From positions 1 to 64,000 of IMG/VR virus record IMGVR_UViG_3300036770_003657: a DNA stretch of 64,000 nucleotides; one strand, given 5' to 3'. Position 1 is the stretch's first letter, and each line of letters begins with the position of its first letter. The translations under genes were made by a program, and so were the position numbers. The notes under the pieces were generated by a model, which searched no databases, had not been told where the DNA came from, and saw only the letters and a program-made list of their open reading frames with translations. Shown here piece by piece: positions 33,594 to 44,419 of this stretch.

Positions 33594-35050
33594 TCCACCT
33601 TTTCTATACTGAATGGATATTGAGCTTCCTTATAATATTTTTTACGTTCTGTAAGATGGCGCTTGCTAAACTTACAGGTGCTGGTTACATCCCAGATTTC
33701 AACGAAGTCCTTGTCTTCCGCCTTGCGTATGCCCCTACCAATCGATTGTATAACACGAACAAAGGACTTGCCAGGCTCAATAAGAACCAAATTAAAAATG
33801 CGAGGAATATTGATACCAACTGCCGCCACACCGTAGGTTGCGACGATGACTTTATTTTGTCTCGTTGCCACTTCGTCATACTCTTCTTTCCTATCTTTTG
33901 TCTTTACATTGCCTGATATGAATACGCTGCCTTCTAATTCATTTACTATAAATTTGCCTGTATCTATTCTATTTACTAGTACTAGAGTATTGCCTTTTAA
34001 TGCTACATTTTTAATAAAATTACTTACATAAATCATCCTGTTTTCATCAGTAACAAGATACTTTAATTCTTCGGCATAGTTCTTAAATTCGGGTAGGTCA
34101 ATAAGTTGTACAATGTTTACGTGGCAGTTACTGAGTACACCTTTTTCCTGTAGTTCACTGGCTTTAATACCACCAACTAATGGACCAATACTAGCAAAGA
34201 TTTGCTCGTGTTCATAAGGTTCTTTGGGCACAGTTCCAGTCAATCCCCATCGTATACCTGCATTGTTTAGGTTGCGTGTAAGTAGATTTTTCAATACTTC
34301 TGCCTTGGCCATATGTACTTCATCAACTATTACAGCGGCGACCCCATCTAAAAATTCAGCCAAGGTAAGTTGATCTGCTTCGCCGTTCTTGCTCTTTTTA
34401 TCCAGTATGTTTAGGCTTTGCCAAGTACATATTGTATGGGTACATTCTAACTCTTTACGATCACCATAATATACACCAACATCTAATCCTACATTTCGAA
34501 AATCTTCCTCAGTTTGTTCAACTAAACTCTTGTTTGGTACTATGGTTATGGTCCTACCATATGGTTCACACAGTTGACTTAAGGTGGCTGTAGTAATAGT
34601 TTTACCAGCACCAGTAGCAATCTCTTGTAGGCTTTGATGGTGTTCTAGGAAGGTATTGATGGCATCTATTTGATAGTCACGTAATAATATAGGTTGACCT
34701 TCTTGTTGATGTCCTTTGGGCCATACCTTGCCCTGATCAGCCCAATATGTTTCTGTAACTGGTGTAAACGTGATTTGTTTGTTGCTTCTATGATCTTCAA
34801 TATCAGTGACTTCAATATCCATAGAATCTAATACACTTAGTATCTTTTCTATGTGTGTTAGGTAGCCTGATCCTCCTATGCCAAAGAGGCTAGTAGTACC
34901 ATCCCAACGTCCTAATTTGTAAGCAGGTTGAAAACGTGCGTAGGGCAATACATATTTGAAGGTATTGGCCAACTTGCGACGTGCTTCTAATGGCAAGCCC
35001 TCAAATTTTATGTTTACCTCATCTTTTATAATTAATTTACAGGATTTCAT
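33584..35050 (-). CDS. uvsW: UvsW-like SF2 DNA helicase
   Basis: LRDYQ, ATGAGKT, DEVH, GLTGT, QSIGRGIR, H...R...Y C-terminus. Confidence 0.88.
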   Translation of the reverse strand: MKSCKLIIKDEVNIKFEGLPLEARRKLANTFKYVLPYARFQPAYKLGRWDGTTSLFGIGGSGYLTHIEKILSVLDSMDIEVTDIEDHRSNKQITFTPVTETYWADQGKVWPKGHQQEGQPILLRDYQIDAINTFLEHHQSLQEIATGAGKTITTATLSQLCEPYGRTITIVPNKSLVEQTEEDFRNVGLDVGVYYGDRKELECTHTICTWQSLNILDKKSKNGEADQLTLAEFLDGVAAVIVDEVHMAKAEVLKNLLTRNLNNAGIRWGLTGTVPKEPYEHEQIFASIGPLVGGIKASELQEKGVLSNCHVNIVQLIDLPEFKNYAEELKYLVTDENRMIYVSNFIKNVALKGNTLVLVNRIDTGKFIVNELEGSVFISGNVKTKDRKEEYDEVATRQNKVIVATYGVAAVGINIPRIFNLVLIEPGKSFVRVIQSIGRGIRKAEDKDFVEIWDVTSTCKFSKRHLTERKKYYKEAQYPFSIEKVDWQ

Positions 35051-36209
35051 CTACGCTCGACAATAATGGTTTTACATCTGTATAGTATACAATTAAATCG
35101 CAATCATTACAATATACATCTGTTTTATTATTTCTTAAACTACTTGTAAAACTTATTACAGCATCTGGATACCAATCAGTTTTTAGGATAAATTTAGGCA
35201 TTTTACCATTACTAATACCAACTATTTCAGTGGTAGCATCTAATTTTTTATTAAATTTGTTTTCAGATATGATTCTATTAAAAGTTTCACCTTCACCTTT
35301 ATTATCAAACCTAAAATAAATTCCAACACTATCTATTCTTAAATCCTCTAGTGAATTTTTGACGGTATGCATATGCGTTAAACATTCACTGATTCTAAAA
35401 TCATCGAAAATTAGTAAAATTTTTGACCTTTTTAAAGATCTCAAACTTTCAATTAAACTGGTAAAATCTGTAGTTAAACTGCTCAAATAAATTTTATTAT
35501 TGTTTCTACTAGCAATTTTATATACTAATGTATTTTGTACATTTTTGTCAAATTCTTGGGTAAAAATATACTGATACTGAATTTTTTGGTCTAAAATTAC
35601 TAGGGCACTTTCTTGCTCTAAATTACTAAAAGGCTTATTTTTTATAAAATTATCAAATTCATATTTTTGTAGAGTTGACTCTAATTCAATATTTTTAGTC
35701 TTTTCGTGTAGGTCTAAAAATTCCGTAGAAAAGTGAAATTTTAGTGGATTCAGCAAATCATATACAGTAATCAAGTTTTTTTCATTTAGGGTATAATGTT
35801 GAGTTTTATTATCTCCACCAAATCCACTAATTCCAATTTTTTTGTTTAAGATGCCTAATACTTTTTTAATTTCCTTATCAAAGGTATATCGTATGACAAT
35901 GCGAAAATTCGTGTTTTTGTCATTTTCTATGAAAACTTCCCTGATTTTTTCCTGTACCCTAAATGGCTTTTTCCACATAGGATTTTGTACATAGAAATGT
36001 ATGTTATCATAGACCAAATCTAAATGTACTAGATTTTCGTTAAAAATTTTGAGAAGTAATCGACCTTGATTTTCGGTAATGTATGATGGACTAACCATTA
36101 GGTTGGCAATATTTTTCAATATTTTTATATCTCTAGCGGGTATGCTAGGATGTAGGTTATTGAAGCCGATATTGTTGAGTTCATCAATGACGCTATCAAT
36201 TGTTTTCAT
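35037..36209 (-). CDS. Hypothetical protein
   Basis: 390-aa ORF upstream of uvsW. Confidence 0.7.
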   Translation of the reverse strand: MKTIDSVIDELNNIGFNNLHPSIPARDIKILKNIANLMVSPSYITENQGRLLLKIFNENLVHLDLVYDNIHFYVQNPMWKKPFRVQEKIREVFIENDKNTNFRIVIRYTFDKEIKKVLGILNKKIGISGFGGDNKTQHYTLNEKNLITVYDLLNPLKFHFSTEFLDLHEKTKNIELESTLQKYEFDNFIKNKPFSNLEQESALVILDQKIQYQYIFTQEFDKNVQNTLVYKIASRNNNKIYLSSLTTDFTSLIESLRSLKRSKILLIFDDFRISECLTHMHTVKNSLEDLRIDSVGIYFRFDNKGEGETFNRIISENKFNKKLDATTEIVGISNGKMPKFILKTDWYPDAVISFTSSLRNNKTDVYCNDCDLIVYYTDVKPLLSSVDEIL

Positions 36210-36225
36210 ACCTTATTGTATACTA

Positions 36226-37083
36226 TCAGGTATTGTGTGTCAAGTCCACTTTACTCAATAAACGTTTCAAAGGTATACCTTCACCTATTTCTTCTAAGGT
36301 CCACTCAGTATGTGTAATTCTTTCAAACCATTGCTGTCTGTCTATGATGGTAGGACGATCAAGGTTGGATAAATTTATACTGACCTCACTGGCTAGGCTG
36401 GATTCGTCACAAATGATGGGTACACCATGTTGAGCAGCCTGTACACTTACTCCACTGTTATAGTTAAAAATAGCATGGTAGTTAAAGTTTAGATCATATT
36501 GGTCATATGTATTGGCTATTTTTGTGGGAGTTTCAATAATTATGTTTTTTCCAAAATTTTCTCTAAAAAAATTCCTAGGATGCGGTCTTACATGTATGGG
36601 CTTACTGGTAAATTTTCTAATTTCTGTAATTTTATCCTTAATCCATTTAGCATTATTATACTTGTAGGTCCATTGTAGGCTTTGGTCATGTTGTCCTGCT
36701 ATGAGTATTGGCATATTTGGCATTAATTTATAATCATACAAATTAACGCCTAATTTTTTTGCTCTGTTAGGTATAAAATTATCATTGTTAGCATATATGC
36801 CTTGGTTTGTTATGTTATTAATGGAAACTTTCCAAGTTTTCCCACGTATCAAGCTACCAACTTCAATAATGAATACAGGCTTGTTTAATTTTCTGTAATG
36901 ATGATAAACTTGTTCATTATTTTTCATTCTACCTTGCCATAGCACACTCCAAATTAAAGCACAATCAGCATCTAATGAATTTTCCAATGGACCTATACCT
37001 AAATTCTGACAACTTTCGAGGAATCTAGTCCAAATAGGCTCACTTTGCAGAGCTGTCTGTTTTGTAAAATATGCAATTTTCAT
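36226..37083 (-). CDS. GT-B glycosyltransferase, KpsS/KpsC-like (candidate Kdo transferase)
   Basis: ILIAGQHDQS, VRPHP, YNSGVSVQAAQHGVPI. Confidence 0.65.
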   Translation of the reverse strand: MKIAYFTKQTALQSEPIWTRFLESCQNLGIGPLENSLDADCALIWSVLWQGRMKNNEQVYHHYRKLNKPVFIIEVGSLIRGKTWKVSINNITNQGIYANNDNFIPNRAKKLGVNLYDYKLMPNMPILIAGQHDQSLQWTYKYNNAKWIKDKITEIRKFTSKPIHVRPHPRNFFRENFGKNIIIETPTKIANTYDQYDLNFNYHAIFNYNSGVSVQAAQHGVPIICDESSLASEVSINLSNLDRPTIIDRQQWFERITHTEWTLEEIGEGIPLKRLLSKVDLTHNT

Positions 37084-37099
37084 ATATTAAATATATATT

Positions 37100-37903
37100 A
37101 TGATTTTACCTAACATTGAAGGAAATTTTCCTAATTACGATACTATTTTTTTCATATCTGCTGATGATAATTATTTTAACTTATATGGAAAAATCTTAAT
37201 TAATAGTATTAGACAGCATTTTAGCTATCCTATTCATTTTCATCTATATAATCCTTCAGAAAATACTAAAAAATTTTGTAATACAAATAATATCTCATTT
37301 ACCTACGAATTTTTTAATCAAAACTTGGTAGACGAAGCTTTTAACATTTATAAAAATCCAATTCAAGATTTAGAATTTTCACGTAGACGCAGTAAAATGA
37401 TAAAAATTGGTGAAAATATTGAAAAAATACACCATGAACTAGTTAGAACATATTATGCTTGTACAAGATTTATAAGATTGGATCAATTACTTAAAAACCC
37501 TACTTATGTTATAATGTTAGACACAGATAGCTTGGTTAGAAAATTTTTTAGCTTACCCAAAAGTAATTACGATATACATATTTTCGAAAAAACTCATAAA
37601 AAACATGTTCCTTACAAGCAACATTTAGCCAGCACAATTTTTTATACTGGAACTCATGCTAGCCGACAATTAATTCGTGATCATGCCAAATTAATTTTGA
37701 AAGAATATGAGAAAAATACTTTTTATTGGTTTTTAGATCAAGAAACTTTGGACTTATCAATACAAAAATATAGAAAAAATCCATTATCTCAAGAATTTGT
37801 GGATTTTGACATGAATGTTGACAGTTATATATGGTGTGCTAAAGGAAAACGCAAATTTGAGGAAGAATGGATCAAGGAAAGTGTAAAATATCAAACATTG
37901 TAA
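37100..37903 (+). CDS. GT-A glycosyltransferase-like protein
   Basis: RFIRL, MLDTDS (DXD), WFLDQ. Confidence 0.65.
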   Translation: MILPNIEGNFPNYDTIFFISADDNYFNLYGKILINSIRQHFSYPIHFHLYNPSENTKKFCNTNNISFTYEFFNQNLVDEAFNIYKNPIQDLEFSRRRSKMIKIGENIEKIHHELVRTYYACTRFIRLDQLLKNPTYVIMLDTDSLVRKFFSLPKSNYDIHIFEKTHKKHVPYKQHLASTIFYTGTHASRQLIRDHAKLILKEYEKNTFYWFLDQETLDLSIQKYRKNPLSQEFVDFDMNVDSYIWCAKGKRKFEEEWIKESVKYQTL

Positions 37904-38805
37904 AAGTTTTTAAATCTTTTCCAGTAAAATCCGTTTTCAATTTCACTAGTACTCCAATGTATATTTGCTATTTTTTCTAACCATTCATTTCTTTCTGGCA
38001 TTGGTGGTGTCTCTAGCAGTTTTAAGTTATCAAACCCGACATCTCTAGCCCAACTGTTAAGAGGATTGTCTAAATATACTGGAATTCCTTCAATTACACT
38101 AACGCAGGCTGGTGTACTATTATATCCTACACTACACCAAGCATTTTCAAGGTCAGATCTGATATTTTCATGATTTGATATAGTAATGTTATGTTTTCCA
38201 AATATATCTTGTATTCTTTTTCTATTTTCTAAGTTATAAGTGGTGTCACCTGGATGCAACCTAATAACAATTTTTCTATCTGTGTATTGTTTTATCTTAA
38301 CAATCATACCTATGATCCAATCAGCACCATTTTTGTTAAGCATATTCCAAGATAGCGTTCTTTGACCCAATAATAGTATATGATCACCAGTTTTTCTCCA
38401 AGGTTTAATAGTTATATTATGAAAATTTAAAATCTGTTGTAATTTACCACTACTTCTATCTTTTCCTAAAAAATATTCTCCATCAGTTGGGTAAACACTG
38501 TCAACACTGTATCTATGATAGTTATAAAACTTATTTGAGTAACTAAAAATATTACTGTCTACAAAAATAATCTTTGCTTTCATCAATTTCAGTGTATCGA
38601 TTATTTTTCTTCTATGATTATTTTCTAAAGTATAACCTAAAATAAATCCTGCGTCTAATTGATCAATTTTTTGATATTTGTTCTTATAATCTTTAACATT
38701 ATCACCACAACTTAGCACTCCTTGACGAAATGCGTCCATTAAAAATTGTTTATGTGGGGCCTTATGTATATTTGATATGGAACTATAAAAAATTCCAACA
38801 TTCAT
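37891..38805 (-). CDS. GT-B glycosyltransferase, KpsS/KpsC-like (paralog of 36226..37083)
   Basis: ILLLGQ, IRLHP, YNSTPACVSVIEGIPV, W...EI..G. Confidence 0.65.
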   Translation of the reverse strand: MNVGIFYSSISNIHKAPHKQFLMDAFRQGVLSCGDNVKDYKNKYQKIDQLDAGFILGYTLENNHRRKIIDTLKLMKAKIIFVDSNIFSYSNKFYNYHRYSVDSVYPTDGEYFLGKDRSSGKLQQILNFHNITIKPWRKTGDHILLLGQRTLSWNMLNKNGADWIIGMIVKIKQYTDRKIVIRLHPGDTTYNLENRKRIQDIFGKHNITISNHENIRSDLENAWCSVGYNSTPACVSVIEGIPVYLDNPLNSWARDVGFDNLKLLETPPMPERNEWLEKIANIHWSTSEIENGFYWKRFKNFYNV

Positions 38806-39629
38806 TGACTTTTTACCAGTTCATCTATAGCTTTTAGGTCTTTTAACAATTTAGGCATGTCTTTCATACGTATCATGTTGGGCCCGTCGCTTGGAGCGTT
38901 GTCTGGATCATCATGACACTCAATGAACACTGCTGCTAGGCATCCGGTGGCAACTGCTGCTCGGGCAAGGTAGGGTACCATCCCGCGATCCCCGCCAGAA
39001 CTCGTACCCAATCCTCCTGGTTGTTGGACACTATGAGTACAATCGAACACGACAGGGTAACCAGTACTGGCCATAATAGGCAAACTACGCATATCAACCA
39101 CCAAGTTGTTATATCCATGGGTATATCCTCTTTCACATAGCATAATTTTATCGTTTCCAGTACTGGCTATCTTTTCTGCCACGTTTTTCATGTCGTGTGG
39201 AGCAAGAAATTGACCTTTTTTCACATTAATGGCTAGTCCTGTCTCACCTGCCGCTATGAGTAGGTCAGTTTGACGACAAAGGAACGCAGGAATTTGTATA
39301 ACGTCGATTTCATAAGCCTCTGCCAGTTTAGCATGTTCTTTTTCGTGTATATCTGTTAGCACTGGTACACTTAATTTAGTTTTTATTTCATTAAGTATGC
39401 TTAAGCCACTGTGTAAGCCCACTCCACGGCGTCCGTGAACACTTGATCTGTTAGCTTTATCAAAACTACTCTTAAAAATTAAATTTATACCTACTTCTCT
39501 ACAAATATCCAATAATTCGGCAGCTATTTGGTAGGCATGATCCCTACTTTCTATTTGACAGGGTCCTGATATTAAACTAATTTTATTATTATTAATTAAA
39601 GAAATATTACCTATTTTAACTTCTTTCAT
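38802..39629 (-). CDS. kdsA: KDO 8-phosphate synthase
   Basis: GPCQIES, KSSFDKANRSS, QIPAFLCRQTDLL, NVKKGQF, CERG, DCTHSVQ, SDG. Confidence 0.97.
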   Translation of the reverse strand: MKEVKIGNISLINNNKISLISGPCQIESRDHAYQIAAELLDICREVGINLIFKSSFDKANRSSVHGRRGVGLHSGLSILNEIKTKLSVPVLTDIHEKEHAKLAEAYEIDVIQIPAFLCRQTDLLIAAGETGLAINVKKGQFLAPHDMKNVAEKIASTGNDKIMLCERGYTHGYNNLVVDMRSLPIMASTGYPVVFDCTHSVQQPGGLGTSSGGDRGMVPYLARAAVATGCLAAVFIECHDDPDNAPSDGPNMIRMKDMPKLLKDLKAIDELVKSQ

Positions 39630-40383
39630 TTAGCCTGCTCTCTAGTTCAAGTATACTTACCTTACTATCTACTACTGTATTTTTTTCATTAATTATTTCG
39701 TTCACCATAGTTTCAGTAGGATCACCATATAGTGCTCTCAATAATTTAGGAATTTTGCTTCCATAATGAACAGTACCTAAATTATAGGTATGTAGACCAC
39801 CACCATGGTCAATATTTTTTATTTTATAACTAGGATATTGATCAAACAAACTTTCTACAGCATGGCCGTCATAATACCTATCTAGTTCAAAAATTTTGCC
39901 ACTTTCCCATACATTTTCATAATCGTAAATGAATTGATCTAATTGTTTATTACGCATATTAACTACAATATGTCCAGCATCTAACTTCTTTTTTTGACTT
40001 TCTCCTGTAGCCCAAATAACTCTCGAGTCTAAAGTATTTTTTAGTATTGTATCAAATTCTTCTTTATTAAAATTTATAACTTCGACATCAGTGTCTAATA
40101 AAACTACCCAATCATATCTTTTTAAATTTTTTAGCGCCCATATTTGACTTTGCATTTTACGCCAAAAGTTTACAGGTTTTGTTCTTTTGCACTCTTTAAT
40201 AAAGTTTGCATCTTTATTATATGCATATTTCCAATCGATAGTGGTAATAAATGAATATTGAATATCGTTTGAATCATGTACAATATATTTGTCTCCTGGT
40301 AAATTTTGCCAAGAGGGCAAACAATATTTTGCTATTTGATTATAATATTTAGAGTCTGCTAGTCCAGACCAAGCTATACCCAT
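39616..40383 (-). CDS. GT-A glycosyltransferase-like protein
   Basis: FWRK, WVVLLDTDV (DXD), YDG, HYGS. Confidence 0.6.
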   Translation of the reverse strand: MGIAWSGLADSKYYNQIAKYCLPSWQNLPGDKYIVHDSNDIQYSFITTIDWKYAYNKDANFIKECKRTKPVNFWRKMQSQIWALKNLKRYDWVVLLDTDVEVINFNKEEFDTILKNTLDSRVIWATGESQKKKLDAGHIVVNMRNKQLDQFIYDYENVWESGKIFELDRYYDGHAVESLFDQYPSYKIKNIDHGGGLHTYNLGTVHYGSKIPKLLRALYGDPTETMVNEIINEKNTVVDSKVSILELESRLNERS

Positions 40384-40385
40384 AT

Positions 40386-40943
40386 CTATATAGATTTAGT
40401 AAAAAATAACCCACAATTCTGTACAAAAGGTTTTTTCATACTACTATGTTTTCTTAATTGATCTGTCAAATCTTCGTCATGAATAAAATTATATTTTTTA
40501 AAAACATCTATCCAATATTCGGCTGGTTTACAGTTAACATGATGATGTCCAGGTTTTCCTGGTGGAGCATACGTCATTATAACTCGCTTGGCTGAGGCTA
40601 TTGTTTTCATATAGTTATCAACATAAATTTCTTTAACATGTTCTACAAATTCACAGCTCCAGCATAGGTCAAATTCTTGGTCTAGTACTAAGGAACCTTT
40701 AGTGAAATCATGTATAATAAATTTAGATGAATCAAATCTTTTTAAAGTATAATCACCATCAATACCAAGTGAGTATAAATTCTTAGTATTTGCTAACTCT
40801 ACCATACCACCTGGACCACATCCAACATCTAAAAAACTTTTAATATTAAAAAGATTTATAGACCAATCCAAACTGCCCTCATCTACATGAGTTTTATTAG
40901 CATGGCCGCCTAGGTGTTTAGGTAGATTCATTTTTCTGCTCAC
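40386..40943 (-). CDS. Class I SAM-dependent methyltransferase
   Basis: LDVGCGPG, FDLCWSCEFVEHV, GHHHVN..YW. Confidence 0.85.
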   Translation of the reverse strand: MSRKMNLPKHLGGHANKTHVDEGSLDWSINLFNIKSFLDVGCGPGGMVELANTKNLYSLGIDGDYTLKRFDSSKFIIHDFTKGSLVLDQEFDLCWSCEFVEHVKEIYVDNYMKTIASAKRVIMTYAPPGKPGHHHVNCKPAEYWIDVFKKYNFIHDEDLTDQLRKHSSMKKPFVQNCGLFFTKSI

Positions 40944-41610
40944 AATATATAGTTAAGTTTTTTTCATACTGCCAATCATCTGCCATTTCTGTATTAGAAA
41001 ATTCATTAAAACATGGAGCACCCAGTGTGTAATGTAATAATTTTGCATTAGCATTTGGTCCAAGTTCATCAGGCAACCAGTTCCACTCTATGGGTAATTC
41101 TCCTATACGTTCATCTTTTAACCATAGAAACCTATGTAAATGACTTCCAGATGATTTCATAATATATTCAGGAGTTAAACAACGATTGGGAAAATTTTGA
41201 CAGTTCCATAGTATCACACTACTCCAATTTTTTCTTGGATAGTCTTCATTTTTATTACCTAAGTATTTTATAGGCATCTGTGTTTTATAGTTATGTTTAA
41301 CTACCTGTACATCTGCTTGATAATCACGTAGATTCCATAATTCTGTTATATCACCTTTTACAATCATGTCACCATCTATGTAGATTGCGTGTCCTCGCCA
41401 ATGCATCAAATATGGCACGAGAAATCTACTATAGATAAATGCGTTGCTTCCATCTTCGTGATTTTCTGTATAATCGTCAAATAAGTTTAATGCTAAGGGA
41501 ATTATACTTACAGGATTAGTCGCTTGTCTTATTATACTATTTGCACAAACATGAAAAACAATACTTTCCCTTGGGTCATACCCAATGAAAATAGGTATAA
41601 TATCTTTCAT
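40918..41610 (-). CDS. GT8-like glycosyltransferase
   Basis: IFIGYDPRE, FIYSRFLVP, DGDM, YPRKNWSSV, WN, HYTLG. Confidence 0.8.
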   Translation of the reverse strand: MKDIIPIFIGYDPRESIVFHVCANSIIRQATNPVSIIPLALNLFDDYTENHEDGSNAFIYSRFLVPYLMHWRGHAIYIDGDMIVKGDITELWNLRDYQADVQVVKHNYKTQMPIKYLGNKNEDYPRKNWSSVILWNCQNFPNRCLTPEYIMKSSGSHLHRFLWLKDERIGELPIEWNWLPDELGPNANAKLLHYTLGAPCFNEFSNTEMADDWQYEKNLTIYCEQKNEST

Positions 41611-42545
41611 GTTGGAACGTTTGATGTATTCCAAACAACAGATGTCTGATAAGTTGGAGTTTCTACATTAACATAACTACCGCTAGGTCTATCTTGGCTA
41701 ACTACAATTCCTGTAGTGCCACTAACGTTTTCGTCCACAGCAGGTCCTTCACCAGTTTTATCTCCAGTATCAGCATCAACCAAATTCAATGCAAATCTAA
41801 AAATACCGGCACCATCTCGTTGAGCTTTCAATAACAGATAATTTTCAGTATAAACGCTTTCTCCGCTAGCAAATCTCTTAAAAATTTCTACTTGGGTATT
41901 GTTAGTTGGTATTCCATAGAATCCGGCTGGTGGGCTAATTACATTTCCTGCACCACTAATTGAATTATGATTGATTGTAATAGTGCCAATATTATTAAAT
42001 AATGCTACCCAATTGTTAAATTTTCTACCAGATCCACCAGTTAGAGTGAATCTGATTTTAAAAACTCCTCCTGCATTGAAAAAATATCGTAGACCTCGTT
42101 CTGCACCATCACTATGTTGATTAGCACCTTGCATGTAAAAAGCATAATTTAAACGATTTTGATTTCCACCACCCCAAGTAAATGTTGTAGTATTAGTAAA
42201 TTTTTCTTCAGTTGAATATTGTAAGCTGTGTATTGCTCTTTTATCTGTTACACAAGCATTGGCCATTGTGTTAATTTGGCCTAAATGATTAGCATAATGA
42301 ATAACGTCACCTTGACTTATACTGTTCAATGTGGCACTAGTTCCTATTTGATGAATCCTTGAATTTAATACATAGCTACGTAAATTTTGCCATTCTGTAG
42401 CATATATAATTATATTGTTGCCTACAGGGTTAGCTGCCATGATCTGACCATATCCGTCATCGTTTCTTCCATATACATTAAATATTTTATTATATACGGT
42501 AGTATAATCAGTGTCTTCAATTATTTCACCAGTTCCGAATGCCAT
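41607..42545 (-). CDS. Putative virion structural protein
   Basis: G/N/T-rich; RYFFNAGG; ATAAATA upstream; tail locus. Confidence 0.6.
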   Translation of the reverse strand: MAFGTGEIIEDTDYTTVYNKIFNVYGRNDDGYGQIMAANPVGNNIIIYATEWQNLRSYVLNSRIHQIGTSATLNSISQGDVIHYANHLGQINTMANACVTDKRAIHSLQYSTEEKFTNTTTFTWGGGNQNRLNYAFYMQGANQHSDGAERGLRYFFNAGGVFKIRFTLTGGSGRKFNNWVALFNNIGTITINHNSISGAGNVISPPAGFYGIPTNNTQVEIFKRFASGESVYTENYLLLKAQRDGAGIFRFALNLVDADTGDKTGEGPAVDENVSGTTGIVVSQDRPSGSYVNVETPTYQTSVVWNTSNVPT

Positions 42546-42572
42546 ATTAAATCCTTTTTTTATTTATTTGAA

Positions 42573-44393
42573 CTATAGTATCAACGCTTCTATTAGTTTT
42601 ACATCCATAACATCCGATGATTCTAAAGCAATGGCAAATACATTTGAACTATTTGAGTAATCATGAACTGCTACTCCATTTTGTCCAGCAACTAGTTTAG
42701 CACCCTTTATAATTGGTCCTTGAACCTTCACTGGTACCCTACCTTTTAGAGCAACTGCTGTTCCATTCTCTAAATCTTTGTTCATTAAATAAGCAGGCTT
42801 AGCACTTACTACACCTATTGCTCTACAAGATAAATTACAAGCAGTCACTTCTTTTTCACCACCAATCATTAGAACAGTACCTACTTCATAGTCTTGATCA
42901 GCTAAATATTTCTCCGCCAAGTCAGCATATTTGGCACTTGCAGCCGCACCATCAAAGAAATCAGTAGTCAATGTGTTAGTACCAGGATTATATGTTAGTG
43001 TGTTAGTATGAACTTTAAAATCTTGGAAACCCGTACTACCACTAACAAATGTTAAATAATAATTTCCTGCATCTGTTTCCTCTTCTACGTTTAATTGACT
43101 TGCTTCAATAGATGGTAATAGGTCACCTAGATTAGTCCAGGTTAAATTTCCTGATTGAACTGATAATACTTGATCTTCGGCACCTATGTCTAAAAAATCT
43201 GTTACGTTTGTACTACTTTGATATACTAATTCTTGAGCGCCGCCACCTTCTAAATTGTTTGCTTGACCAGCAGTACCTATAAACGCATTTGCAGTAATAG
43301 CCCCATTACCGTCTCTTACAACTATTGTATCGGCTTCAGCATCTACAGTAGCGTCAACATAGCTTCCATCAGCCAACATCTGTTTAGCTTTATCTGCTTC
43401 ACCTATAAATGTTCCATAAAAACTTGCAGCATATATTTCTAAAAATCTATTATTTGTTCCAGTTCCTATTTTACTAACTTCATGAGTGCCTGGAAGGATA
43501 TTATCACCCAATAACTTCAAACTAGTTTTTGGTAGTGTACTTGAACTAATTTTAGTTTTAAATATTATACCTGCATCGTCAGTTTTATTATAAAGTATAG
43601 GGATATTGCTATCAATAAAGAAACTTATATCTTCGTCATCACCTAGTACAAATCCTTCATCACTAAATTTTGCTACGCTATTAAATTCTACATTATCTTT
43701 TCTAACAAAATCAGCAGAAGTTAATAAAGTTGTACCGTCAACTAATCCTTTGGCACTGCTAGCTGTTCCCCAATGTTGCCAATCTAGATTACTAATTCCA
43801 CTAGAGGGATTAGTATTAGATAAGGTTATTCCTTTTTTAATTTCTATAAATTCGTCTCTTAAAGGACTATCATTGCGTAGGGTAAATTCTGTATTACTGA
43901 TTATGAAAACAGGTACATTATTAACTAATGCTTTAACTATGGGTCTACTAATACCATTTGTATCAATAACACTTTCACTTTTTAGTTCTGTGGCTCCAAA
44001 GTTTTCAACAGCCTGTGGACCAACTAGGACAAATTCATCACCGTCCCAGGCAAAAAGTTGATTAGTGCTAGTATTAAACCAAAAGTCTCCTTGACTTAGG
44101 CCACTTGGCTGTGTGACCCCAACTTCTGCTCCTCCAGTAGTTCTAAACTGTGTGCCATCATAGAATTTAAGTTTTTTACTTAAACTATCATACCAAAGTT
44201 GACCAGTTATTTTACGGGGCGGTGGGGCAGTATTGGCAAAATTTTCTAGTAGATGAACAAAATTCTCATTTTGGATCTCTCCATATCCAGCATAATTTTT
44301 GCCCACTAGTTTTAGATCTAGTGTGTTATCAACCGTACCATCTTCAACGGTAGTAACCTTTACGCCGTTAAATTTATTAATATTATATGGCAT
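42573..44393 (-). CDS. Tail fibre/baseplate protein with C-terminal intramolecular chaperone-like domain
   Basis: Shared N-domain (GKNY.GYGE..NENF.HLLENFA...GQLW); ADLAEKY...GVVS..PA...VALKGRVP. Confidence 0.75.
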   Translation of the reverse strand: MPYNINKFNGVKVTTVEDGTVDNTLDLKLVGKNYAGYGEIQNENFVHLLENFANTAPPPRKITGQLWYDSLSKKLKFYDGTQFRTTGGAEVGVTQPSGLSQGDFWFNTSTNQLFAWDGDEFVLVGPQAVENFGATELKSESVIDTNGISRPIVKALVNNVPVFIISNTEFTLRNDSPLRDEFIEIKKGITLSNTNPSSGISNLDWQHWGTASSAKGLVDGTTLLTSADFVRKDNVEFNSVAKFSDEGFVLGDDEDISFFIDSNIPILYNKTDDAGIIFKTKISSSTLPKTSLKLLGDNILPGTHEVSKIGTGTNNRFLEIYAASFYGTFIGEADKAKQMLADGSYVDATVDAEADTIVVRDGNGAITANAFIGTAGQANNLEGGGAQELVYQSSTNVTDFLDIGAEDQVLSVQSGNLTWTNLGDLLPSIEASQLNVEEETDAGNYYLTFVSGSTGFQDFKVHTNTLTYNPGTNTLTTDFFDGAAASAKYADLAEKYLADQDYEVGTVLMIGGEKEVTACNLSCRAIGVVSAKPAYLMNKDLENGTAVALKGRVPVKVQGPIIKGAKLVAGQNGVAVHDYSNSSNVFAIALESSDVMDVKLIEALIL

Positions 44394-44419
44394 TATCCAA
44401 CCCCTTTTTCATATTTAGT

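Noticed and set aside
33584-35050. Intein or intron in the helicases or primase
   Set aside because: Protein lengths and motif spacing are normal; no splicing motifs seen.
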